From: Cyanobacteria bacterium auto_48_18
Lineage (GTDB): Bacteria; Cyanobacteriota; Vampirovibrionia; Obscuribacterales; Obscuribacteraceae
Assembly (NCBI GenBank): GCA_036170915.1
Contig: JAVHQC010000037.1
Location: 1-26,735, forward strand
Direction: 5' to 3'
DNA: 26,735 nt
Of the stretch, positions 18,503 through 26,667 are shown piece by piece; position 1 is the stretch's first letter, and the number at the start of each line of letters is the position of its first letter. The position numbers and the translations under genes were made by a program. The notes beneath the pieces are model-generated. The model made no database searches. It was not told the origin of the DNA and saw only the letters and a list, made by a program, of their open reading frames with translations.

Positions 18503-19591
18503 ATGGAATTAGGATGCAATTGCAGGTCAGATGAAAGAACATTAGCCCTGATAGCAAAGAATATAATCGAGAGATACCCTGAGTTAACAAAATTTGGCTC
18601 TCAAAACGGCTGGATGCTTGAGCCGGATTTGGATCTATTTATAATAAACGTTGGTCATACACAAAAGTTTCAAGGCATCGCTGACGTAACAAATTTTCTA
18701 AGAGCAATTCTAGATGATGACCGATTTAATCAATTGCGCTCTTGCTGGCTGGTCAAGGGTCAGTTGCTTGCACAACAAACTTCCAAACTAATACACGCCG
18801 AACCTCTCTCGGAACTGGTCGGAGCGGAGAGTTCACAACTTGCAGAAATTTTGAGCAATCGCCGCATAGAAAGCTGGTTTCAGCCGGTCATCTCTGCCGC
18901 GGATGGTTCAATCTGGGGATATGAATGCTTAATGAGATCAACCGCCGCAAATGGCGACATTATTAACCCTGGACAGATGCTCGAATGGGCAAGATTGGAA
19001 AAATTGACGTTCATGCTTGATCGCATTTGTCGCGAGCGCCATCTAGAAAATGCTGGAAAGTTAAATCCTCCGCCAAACCTACAATTCTTGATCAATTTCT
19101 TGCCAACAGCTATTTACCAACCTGAGTATTGCTTGCAATCCTCTCTAGCCGCCGCTGAACGCAGTGGTTTGACACCAAGCCAAATCACCTTTGAAGTAGT
19201 TGAGACTGAAAAAGTAACCGACCACGAACACCTGAAGCGTATTTTGAATTTCTACAGACAAGCTGGCTTTAAAGTTGCGCTTGACGATATGGGGTCGGGA
19301 TACGCAGGACTTTCATTACTGGGAGATCTTCATCCCGACTTAGTCAAAATAGATAGAGAACTCGTAGCAAAATGTGTTGAGTCGGAGTTTCACAAAGGAA
19401 TATGCGCCGCTATAGTTAATTTGAGTAAACAACATGGTCAACTTGTTTTAGCCGAAGGTGTTGAGACAGCTGAAGAAAAAGCTGTTATGGACGAACTTGG
19501 CGTTGATCTCTTTCAAGGCTTCTTTTTCGGCAGACCAGCGCCCATTACTGAACCATTTATGCTCAGTAATAAGCATGGCGCGGCAGCTTAA
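18503..19591 (+). CDS. EAL-domain c-di-GMP phosphodiesterase
   Basis: FQP, YECLMR (EAL variant), INFLP, FEVVETE, ALDDMGSGY, KIDRE, AEGVET, FQG; AAGGA RBS. Confidence 0.92.
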   Translation: MELGCNCRSDERTLALIAKNIIERYPELTKFGSQNGWMLEPDLDLFIINVGHTQKFQGIADVTNFLRAILDDDRFNQLRSCWLVKGQLLAQQTSKLIHAEPLSELVGAESSQLAEILSNRRIESWFQPVISAADGSIWGYECLMRSTAANGDIINPGQMLEWARLEKLTFMLDRICRERHLENAGKLNPPPNLQFLINFLPTAIYQPEYCLQSSLAAAERSGLTPSQITFEVVETEKVTDHEHLKRILNFYRQAGFKVALDDMGSGYAGLSLLGDLHPDLVKIDRELVAKCVESEFHKGICAAIVNLSKQHGQLVLAEGVETAEEKAVMDELGVDLFQGFFFGRPAPITEPFMLSNKHGAAA

Positions 19592-19690
19592 GATCACAAA
19601 CAAACTTCATCGATGTATAGGGGCTGTGGCCTTGGACCATCAGCATTGGTCGGTTAGGTGGGAGCGAATTTTGAACTTAGAATGAATTGA

Positions 19691-20095
19691 ACAGGACAGA
19701 TTCACAAGGCGGTCACGCTGGGTGGTTTTCAGACCAGGTGGGTCTCTTTCGTGATTGGCTGCGGCGGCTGGCTTGGAATACTCATTTATATGTACACCGG
19801 CATCAGAAGACAAGCTAATTTAGCCGATGCCGAAACTAGGCGCTCGATTATAATGCTGACCAAATTTATAACCGTGGGTTGGGCCATCTATCCGATTGGC
19901 TATATTGTCAGGGCAATCCAGCCAGACTTATCAGATATTTGCCAAATCTGCTACAACTTGGGCGATGCTATAAACAAAGTCGGCTTGGGAATCATAATAT
20001 ACTCCGGGGGCCTGGCAGCACTGAGGGCATCGCGGAGCGAACAGGGCAGCGCATCTAAGGTCAACGCGGATCTCCAAGCAGTAGAGCTCTCTTAG
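19691..20095 (+). pseudogene. 5'-truncated microbial (proteorhodopsin-like) rhodopsin, helices E-G only
   Basis: RWVSFVIGCGGW (helix E), VGWAIYPIGY (helix F), YNLGDAINKVGLG (helix G, DxxxK retinal Lys). An in-frame TGA at 19688-19690 leaves no room for helices A-D. Confidence 0.8.
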
Positions 20096-20216
20096 AAATT
20101 TGCAAGAATCGACAGACTGCGATGACTCAGGTATCGCCGATGGTGCAACGCCAAAAAGAAATTGAAAATTTGATCCCTGTGCAAACAGACATCAAGATTG
20201 TTTGAGGACTATCACA

Positions 20217-21587
20217 ATGACTTTAGAGAAAGAACAATCAGCAGAAGCTATTCAACTAGAATTAGACGCTCTCAATACTAGATTTTTAGCCTGCCTGACA
20301 AACCAAGAGTTCGACCACATTACAGCAATAAATGAAAAAATTTCTTCGCTTGAAGCCAAGCTTGTTTCTCTCAGAGCTAACGAGGTAGCCGTTGAATCAT
20401 CCGATGATGACCCGGTAATCAACACGACAGAAAATTTGACGGCAGCCGAAACACTTATTGCAGAACTTGAAAGAAATAGCGTTCAGGAGTTGTTTGTCCA
20501 TCAAAATTTTTCTGTTGCCGCCACAGACAAGGCTCCAGCAAAGACTGCCTTTCCAGCCGACAAAAACAACCTCGGTCTGCTAGCGGTAAAACAGTTAGGA
20601 CTTGCACCGCAGCCAGTGGCATCGTCGCAAAAAGCCAGAGAGTCTATGCTCAAAGCTGCCAAACGCGCTCAACAACGTGAACGTGAAGAAGCTGCCGAGA
20701 TTAAGAAATCTGACGACGAGTTGGCTGAAGCACTGCTGGTAAAACAGATGGTCGATCACACCACTTCGTTTCTAAATCTTTTCCTCAATCCAAGTAAATT
20801 CATAGCGAAGCAGCTTGAACGAGAAAACAAAAGCCAGAGCAAAAGTCCAAAAGCTGAGGCGTTATTACCAAGCAGGGATAAGGCCAGCCTTTCAAGCAGC
20901 TTTGAAGCTTCGCCGGAAGGGGACTCGTTAGGTACCGCAGCAATAGAATTGCAAAACAAACTCGAGAAATTCTGTTTTTACGAATTGTTATCGGTAAGTC
21001 AAACTGCAAGTAGTGAAGAGATCGGTCGAGCCTATCTAACTAAGCTAAAAAATCTTCGGGCCCGTTTTCAGGAAAAGAAAGATTTGCAAGAGTGGCAGCT
21101 AAAGCAGCTCTTGCGTGCACTCAACAGAGCTGGCCAAGTACTTGGTGACAGCAGTTCTCGAAAACAGTATGACCTCAGCCTGCTTGGTATCCATGACTTC
21201 GAAAAGTACCCGGTAGAGAAGGTATCCACAGTGACCTCAACTACAGGGAACAAATCAGACACCAGCGAAAACAATTCGTTGCTGAGCCTATCGCAATTGC
21301 TCATCATAGCTGGGTTAATATCAACAGAGGAATTAGCTGAGGCCGAAGCCAAGGGCAATACTGTCAACGATAGACGCCTGATCGAACATTTGATCGATAC
21401 CCAATTAGCTAGTTTTGATGAGATAAGCGCTGTAATTTTAGCCCAGACTTTGGTGGCAAGAAATCGTTTATCGATGAGTCAATTCAAAATGGCAATGAAA
21501 GAATTACGCTCTAACTCGGTTCGTTTCGTCGACACGTTAGCTGCCGAAGGATGGTTGCTAGCGGAGGATCTTCCTGCAAACAATTAA
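20217..21587 (+). CDS. J-domain-like protein (no HPD) with C-terminal degenerate MshEN-like helical repeats
   Basis: FYELLSVSQTASSEEIGRAY ... LNRAGQVLGDSSSRKQYD; LSQLLIIAGLISTEELAEA. GAGG RBS before ATG 20217. Confidence 0.7.
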   Translation: MTLEKEQSAEAIQLELDALNTRFLACLTNQEFDHITAINEKISSLEAKLVSLRANEVAVESSDDDPVINTTENLTAAETLIAELERNSVQELFVHQNFSVAATDKAPAKTAFPADKNNLGLLAVKQLGLAPQPVASSQKARESMLKAAKRAQQREREEAAEIKKSDDELAEALLVKQMVDHTTSFLNLFLNPSKFIAKQLERENKSQSKSPKAEALLPSRDKASLSSSFEASPEGDSLGTAAIELQNKLEKFCFYELLSVSQTASSEEIGRAYLTKLKNLRARFQEKKDLQEWQLKQLLRALNRAGQVLGDSSSRKQYDLSLLGIHDFEKYPVEKVSTVTSTTGNKSDTSENNSLLSLSQLLIIAGLISTEELAEAEAKGNTVNDRRLIEHLIDTQLASFDEISAVILAQTLVARNRLSMSQFKMAMKELRSNSVRFVDTLAAEGWLLAEDLPANN

Positions 21588-21665
21588 TAGAAAATTCCAA
21601 CCACGGCGAGTTCACGCTGTGGTGATAGATTCGTGAAGACAAAAGGGCTTAGAGAGGAAATAGCA

Positions 21666-21875
21666 ATGCCATTTAACTTACAGACACTCGGAACGTTCTT
21701 AGTGGTTCTCGCAGTAATCTCGGCAATTGCCGACTTGATGCCTAACAGCCCATTTCGTTTGAAAGATTTGAACACACCGAAAGAAGATTTAGCGAGTCAT
21801 TCTGAAGTATTCAATTTGCTCTTCGGCGATGCAGAAAAAACCAAAGATATAAATCAAGAGAGCGATAAGACTTAA
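21666..21875 (+). CDS. Small single-TM hypothetical protein
   Basis: GAGAGGA RBS; hydrophobic LGTFLVVLAVISAIA. Confidence 0.55.
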   Translation: MPFNLQTLGTFLVVLAVISAIADLMPNSPFRLKDLNTPKEDLASHSEVFNLLFGDAEKTKDINQESDKT

Positions 21876-21895
21876 AGAAACTCGCAATAACCTCT

Positions 21896-21988
21896 TCAAT
21901 GATAGTCCTGACAATCAACCAGCTCCGCATCGTTTCCGGCAAAACTGAACATGACGCGCCAGTTCCCATTCACCCATACAGACTGCAA
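21896..21988 (-). pseudogene. higB: C-terminal remnant of a HigB (RelE/ParE superfamily) toxin
   Basis: Manual translation LQSVWVNGNWRVMFSFAGNDAELVDCQDYH* matches the HigB C-terminal signature (SVxVNGNWRxxFxFxxxDAxxVDYxDYH). An in-frame TAA lies upstream at 21989-21991. Confidence 0.8.
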
Positions 21989-22010
21989 TTAATGGGCTTG
22001 GTAAACTGAA

Positions 22011-23723
22011 TCATTTAAGGGGGCGGCGAGCCCCATAGTCAAGCATTACGGCCTTACCACGAGCATCGATGCCAACTTGGTCTGTGGCCCAACTAACCTG
22101 GTCACCCATCAGGCGATAGTTGTAATCGTGAAAAATTACTCCATCCTTCGTCATCTGATCACGTAAGGCTGCCGCCTGTGTTTCAGTTACTGGCGTGCGC
22201 AGCGGTTCTTGCAATGAGAGGGCTATGACCGAACTCGCCCTTGGCCGATCTTGATTGTTAACTTGCACCGGATCAAACAGCGCTTTGGCGTCATGAGGCA
22301 ATTTACCCCAGTTAGAAAAATCTCGTCCGGTAAGTGAAGTAGAAACCTTCAATACTGCGCCGTTAGACAACATGAAGGCACCACTTTCAGAACCACTGCC
22401 AAGAAATTTTCTAACTGGTTCCTTGAAGTCTTTCACATGCGGTGCGACCTCTTTACCATGGTAGTAACCAGGGTTCTTTTTCATCACTTGCAAAAGCGAA
22501 TAGGCGCCTTTATCAATTGCCATTTGCCATGGTGCATGTTCATCGCCAGCAGGGCGACTAACAAATCTAATTTCCGGCTCCGCAGTCTTAGGAGCAGAGC
22601 GGTGAAAAACGTTTGCTGCAGCCGATAGCCAATCAGTGGGAACTTTTGCTCTGACAATTGAAAGCTTCTCCGTTTCACCAGCGACAAACCCTTCGGCCAC
22701 AGGTTTAACAGAATAAGTGGAGCCCTTGCCAGCGCCATTGGCAATACTTTTGACATCGCCAGGCTCGATAGAAACGAGTTTAAACTCGCGCTCTCTAATA
22801 GAAGCAGCGTTTTCTAATGCATAGTTGTGTGCATACAAGCGTTGGTTGCCCGGCGCTGCAGCTAGTGAGGTCGAAAGGGCCATAGCAATGGGATAAACAG
22901 CCAACCGATTCAATGAAAGTTCACCCTTTTGAATTTGACTTTGAGCTTCAGTAGCTAATCCATCAGAATAGCCACGAGTAAAACTCATTGTCGTCATCGC
23001 TTTGAAAGTATTACCAGACAGCTGATGGGGCGCTAGTTTGACCAAGCCATGAGTCAGACCGGCGCTGGCTAAATCGCTCGCTAAGGCAATAGGGTCTAGG
23101 GCACTAGTGCCAGTTCTAAGCAAACCAAGGCCAATCGACCCACTAGTGACTTGACCGTCTTGATCGAGATAATTAGCACGAGTAAGCAACGGGTCAACAA
23201 CTCGGCTAGAAATACCTAATTCTAAAGACATCAAAGCTGGAGATGCCTTACTAGAAGTGCCTAGTTTTCCAATAATTCCCCTCATTGTGAGACCTTTGGC
23301 TAAACCCAAAGCGGCATCGGTAAACATATAGTCATTCTGAGAAACTTCATCGAGGGCGTAGGTTGCCCCTGCAACAAAAAATCCAAACTTACCTCGTGCA
23401 AACGCACCCAGTGTCTTTACAGCACCAGAACTGAGGTTATAGGCATCCAATTCCTTTTCTCTCGCAATCTCTATCTTCTCAACCGCTTGCCGGGCTATTT
23501 CAATACTTTGAGGCGAAGAAGAGGCTCCACCTTTGACTTGTTGAACTGCTTGTTCAAGGTTTTGCTTAGCTGCAGCTTGCTGATGATAAGGCTCGGTGAC
23601 AACATCAATGGCAATGCGCAAAAAGCTGCGACGAGATTCCTCCAACTGAACTTCGGACAATTCAGCTTCTAGAGTCTTTGCAGCATCAAGTTTGGAGGAC
23701 TGATTTGCCTTACTCTTATCCAT
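22011..23723 (-). CDS. Hypothetical protein: helical/hydrophobic N-terminal half plus C-terminal kinase-like domain
   Basis: FLGSGSESGAF, AVLKV, FHDYN, DQVG, VMLDYG occur in protein-kinase-fold order. Probable ATG 23723 after AAGGT. Confidence 0.7.
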   Translation of the reverse strand: MDKSKANQSSKLDAAKTLEAELSEVQLEESRRSFLRIAIDVVTEPYHQQAAAKQNLEQAVQQVKGGASSSPQSIEIARQAVEKIEIAREKELDAYNLSSGAVKTLGAFARGKFGFFVAGATYALDEVSQNDYMFTDAALGLAKGLTMRGIIGKLGTSSKASPALMSLELGISSRVVDPLLTRANYLDQDGQVTSGSIGLGLLRTGTSALDPIALASDLASAGLTHGLVKLAPHQLSGNTFKAMTTMSFTRGYSDGLATEAQSQIQKGELSLNRLAVYPIAMALSTSLAAAPGNQRLYAHNYALENAASIREREFKLVSIEPGDVKSIANGAGKGSTYSVKPVAEGFVAGETEKLSIVRAKVPTDWLSAAANVFHRSAPKTAEPEIRFVSRPAGDEHAPWQMAIDKGAYSLLQVMKKNPGYYHGKEVAPHVKDFKEPVRKFLGSGSESGAFMLSNGAVLKVSTSLTGRDFSNWGKLPHDAKALFDPVQVNNQDRPRASSVIALSLQEPLRTPVTETQAAALRDQMTKDGVIFHDYNYRLMGDQVSWATDQVGIDARGKAVMLDYGARRPLK

Positions 23724-23904
23724 AGACTTGCACCTTTCAGCCTTGTCTATATACCCGGTATCCAGGTTCTTCCTCAGCACAGCAAGTACAGCCAGTCTGA
23801 AACAATTAGGACCTCGTTAAGATTGTGGGTCAGGCGAGAGATTCGAGACGCCCCCTGTGTATCGTGGCGGCTAGAATGAGTAGCATTAACTAGGTTTTCT
23901 ATCA

Positions 23905-24813
23905 ATGAAATCGTGCCGCAATTTGTTGTACCTTCTGCCACTAATACTGGCGACAAGTGTTCTTGCGCAGATGCCGAGTCACGCACTCAGTGACGATAAG
24001 CAACTCATCGAACAAGCACGCCAGTGCATTGAAAAACAAGAACTTAAAAAGGCCATGTACTATATCGACTGTGCCGAAAAGATGAATCCTAGAAATCGAA
24101 CGATTTACTATAATCGCGGACGCATCTTTAACAAACAAGAAAAATATAAAGAAGCCTTCGAACAGTTTACTAAGGCGCTCGACCTTGATCCAAACTATAC
24201 CTCAGCAATTAAACGACGAGGTGTGGTGTGTATTGAATTGAGGCAATACAAAGACGCCTTGGCAGATTTTGACCGGGCTCTCTCAATTAATCCGGCCGAT
24301 CCGGAGCCGTATGCCGGAAGGACCAGAGCCTACTGTGATTTAGGTGAAAACAAACTCGCATTGAAAAACGTCGACGAGCTTATCAAGCTGGCTCCCGACC
24401 GAGCCAACTATGTCATTCGTGCGCGAATAAAAATGAACTTACGCGATCATAAAGGTGCTATCGCCGATTGCACTCTCGCTGCCGCCTCTAACAAAAGAGA
24501 TGACGAAGCCTATTTGCTTAGAGCCCAGTGTCACGAAGCCCTAGGCAACTACAAATCAGCATTGGCGGACTACAGTCACATGCTTGATTTCAACAAAAAG
24601 GACGAGATGGCTTATCTGAAACGTGGCGATGTTTATTTAAAACTTGGTGACTCGGAAAAGGCAGTGGCTGACTACACCAAGGCGATTAAATATTCGCCGG
24701 AAGCGAATGCATCGATGTATTTGGCAAGAGCAAGCGCTTATCGCAAAGCAAATAGAATGGATCTTGCGAAGATCGACGAGACCGTGGCTGAAAAAATTGC
24801 TGGCGGCAAGTGA
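23905..24813 (+). CDS. Secreted TPR-repeat protein
   Basis: Signal peptide followed by tandem TPRs (YYNRG..A..FTKALDLDP, AYLKRG..AVADYTKAI). Confidence 0.9.
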   Translation: MKSCRNLLYLLPLILATSVLAQMPSHALSDDKQLIEQARQCIEKQELKKAMYYIDCAEKMNPRNRTIYYNRGRIFNKQEKYKEAFEQFTKALDLDPNYTSAIKRRGVVCIELRQYKDALADFDRALSINPADPEPYAGRTRAYCDLGENKLALKNVDELIKLAPDRANYVIRARIKMNLRDHKGAIADCTLAAASNKRDDEAYLLRAQCHEALGNYKSALADYSHMLDFNKKDEMAYLKRGDVYLKLGDSEKAVADYTKAIKYSPEANASMYLARASAYRKANRMDLAKIDETVAEKIAGGK

Positions 24814-24929
24814 AGGTCTCCCTTGTTCCAAATGCCTTACAATTGTCATGCCTAAGTGTGGCAACTTAGTGTGGCTGCGTAGAACGTGCTCGCCGAAAAT
24901 TTCACCTGATTGTTATTGGAGGATAATTG

Positions 24930-25508
24930 ATGACTTGGATCAAGACTTGCCCAGCATCTGAATCACCGTTACTGCAAGAAATACTGGCTGAATCAATGAA
25001 CCAGTATCCGCCTGAATACAGAATTCCGGTAGAGGCGCTTGGTGACGCCGATAGCAAAGATGAGGGTGCGGGAATTGTTATGGCTCATAGCCTCATTCCG
25101 GAGGCCCTGCGCCATGCGTTTTCAACTTTTGGCAAATTAATGGATCCAGAACTGCCTCTTTCTCGCCGACAGCATGAGCTTATTGCTGGCACTGTTTCGA
25201 CGCTCAATAAGTGCTTTTACTGACTGGAGTCTCATACGGAGTTTCTCCGTCGCGTGACTCTGGATGAGTCGCTAAAAGAGGCTATCAAAAAAGATTATCG
25301 CACGGCTCCGATTACGGCCGAAGAGCTTGTCATGCTTGATTATGCAGCGAAATTGACCCTAACGCCAGCCAAAGTCTGTCGCGAAGATATTGATGCTTTG
25401 CGCCAAGCCGGGTTTGACGATACGGCCATATTGCAGATCAATCTTATTGCTTCGTGGTTCAATTATATTAATCGCGTAGCTGATGGTTTGGGGGTGGGTC
25501 GCCCTTAG
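24930..25508 (+). CDS. AhpD/carboxymuconolactone-decarboxylase-like peroxidase-related protein, probable selenoprotein (UGA at 25221-25223)
   Basis: Two in-frame ORFs are separated only by TGA. Readthrough gives LSRRQHELIAGTVSTLNKCFY-U-LESHTEFLR...YAAKLT...LRQAGFDD...FNYINRVADGLG (192 aa). GGAGG RBS before ATG 24930. Confidence 0.85.
25224..25263 (+). promoter_or_regulatory. Putative bacterial SECIS hairpin
   Basis: Lower stem CUGGAGUC/GACUCUGG, internal loop, upper stem ACGGA/UCCGU with apical GUUUC. It starts at the first nucleotide after the UGA, and 17 nt separate the UGA from the apical G. Confidence 0.75.
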
Positions 25509-25563
25509 CAATCTTAGTGAAGTGCAGGAAGCCTTTCGATAATTGCCAGTCGGAGCGCCTGCA

Positions 25564-25938
25564 ATGCATCCCATCGATTTTTTCTTCAATACGATTTGCT
25601 GTAATATCTATCTGGTTCTCTGCGCTTTCTTTTTCATTCATGAATTCCAGAGATTAAAGCCCGGAAGAATGATTGTCTCTGCCACTCTTTTGAGAGCAAT
25701 TGTCCTCACGTTCGCTTTTGTTTCTTGCCATCCGCGATTGTTTTCTGTCTTGCCAGAAGCATTTTATATGCTGTTATTCTGGTCTACCTTGTTGCCTGTT
25801 TTTGGTGCTCTAGCTCTATTTAGGAGGCCAGTTAATTTTGGTATTGCCGGTGGTTTCTTATTTTTGTCGCTCTATTTTCTTGAGTGCGGTCGCGTGATCA
25901 TGATGAACATTATTAATCCACCGAGTATGTTTCAGTAG
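25564..25938 (+). CDS. Hypothetical membrane protein (about 4 TM)
   Basis: Highly hydrophobic; GGAG upstream of ATG 25564. Confidence 0.6.
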   Translation: MHPIDFFFNTICCNIYLVLCAFFFIHEFQRLKPGRMIVSATLLRAIVLTFAFVSCHPRLFSVLPEAFYMLLFWSTLLPVFGALALFRRPVNFGIAGGFLFLSLYFLECGRVIMMNIINPPSMFQ

Positions 25939-25945
25939 TTCGATG

Positions 25946-26557
25946 CTAAATGGCTCTCCTGAGGGTCTCTTCGCGTCTGTGTATAATTATTTTTTTTGGT
26001 AAATCGATTGTGTATCTACACCGCAGATTCGGCTCACCATCACGCCACTCGTCAAAGCTTACAAAAGCTATTTCAGGGCTTGTCCTCATCATTGAGACCG
26101 AATAATCGTTAATATCGGCAGTGGGGTGCTTTTTTAAAAAATCTTCTGTGGCCATATGCTGAGCGTTTTCTTCTTCTGCACTCAGCGCTATTTTGGCCTT
26201 GTCCTGAGGCCAAATTTCTTCTTTATTCTTGCCAAAAACGACCATTTTAACTGTAGCTGGCGCTTTTAATGTCACATCAAAAAACGGACCAGTTTTCAAT
26301 CCGTGTGAAATGAACAGCTTCGGAATCTCGACGAACAGAGTGTTGTTTCGGAACTTTGCTCTGGGTTTGCCGCACACGCAAAAACCACCATTCGACATTC
26401 CGCGAATTCGAAATGATTTCGAGCCGTCTGATGACGTATTTTCAATTAGCCCAAATAATCTTGCTTCTTGCCTTTCAACACTGGCGCCCGAACTAGGCAA
26501 AGAGCTAGAGCAAGCCAACAGAGTTGCTAGTGAAATACAGCAAGCAAAAACGTTCAT
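25946..26557 (-). CDS. Hypothetical exported protein or lipoprotein
   Basis: MNVFACCISLATLLAC|SSS is lipobox-like. Start moved to 26557 to avoid overlapping the tRNA. Confidence 0.6.
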   Translation of the reverse strand: MNVFACCISLATLLACSSSLPSSGASVERQEARLFGLIENTSSDGSKSFRIRGMSNGGFCVCGKPRAKFRNNTLFVEIPKLFISHGLKTGPFFDVTLKAPATVKMVVFGKNKEEIWPQDKAKIALSAEEENAQHMATEDFLKKHPTADINDYSVSMMRTSPEIAFVSFDEWRDGEPNLRCRYTIDLPKKIIIHRREETLRRAI

Positions 26558-26593
26558 ACTTGCAACATTGGTCAGCCATTCCCGATAAAAATG

Positions 26594-26667
26594 CACCCTC
26601 GGAGCGACTCGAACGCCCGACACCCTCCTTAGGACGGAGGTGTTCTATCCAACTGAACTACGAGGGC
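26594..26667 (-). tRNA. tRNA-Arg(CCT), CCA not encoded
   Basis: GCCCTCG TA GTTC AGTTGGATA GAAC A CCTCC GT-CCT-AA GGAGG GTGTC GGGCG TTCGAGT CGCTC CGAGGGT G forms a full cloverleaf with the A20 Arg identity element. Confidence 0.96.

Noticed and set aside
25254..25508. Independent 84-aa ORF starting at GTG
   Set aside because: It has no well-placed SD, the start is buried in the hairpin, and it is the in-frame C-terminal half of the AhpD-like protein.
26594..26620. tRNA 3' end as a duplicated att site
   Set aside because: No second copy was seen in the window and no integrase is present.
26558..26623. N-terminal extension of ORF 25946-26623
   Set aside because: It runs into the tRNA gene; the lipobox-like start at 26557 is more plausible.
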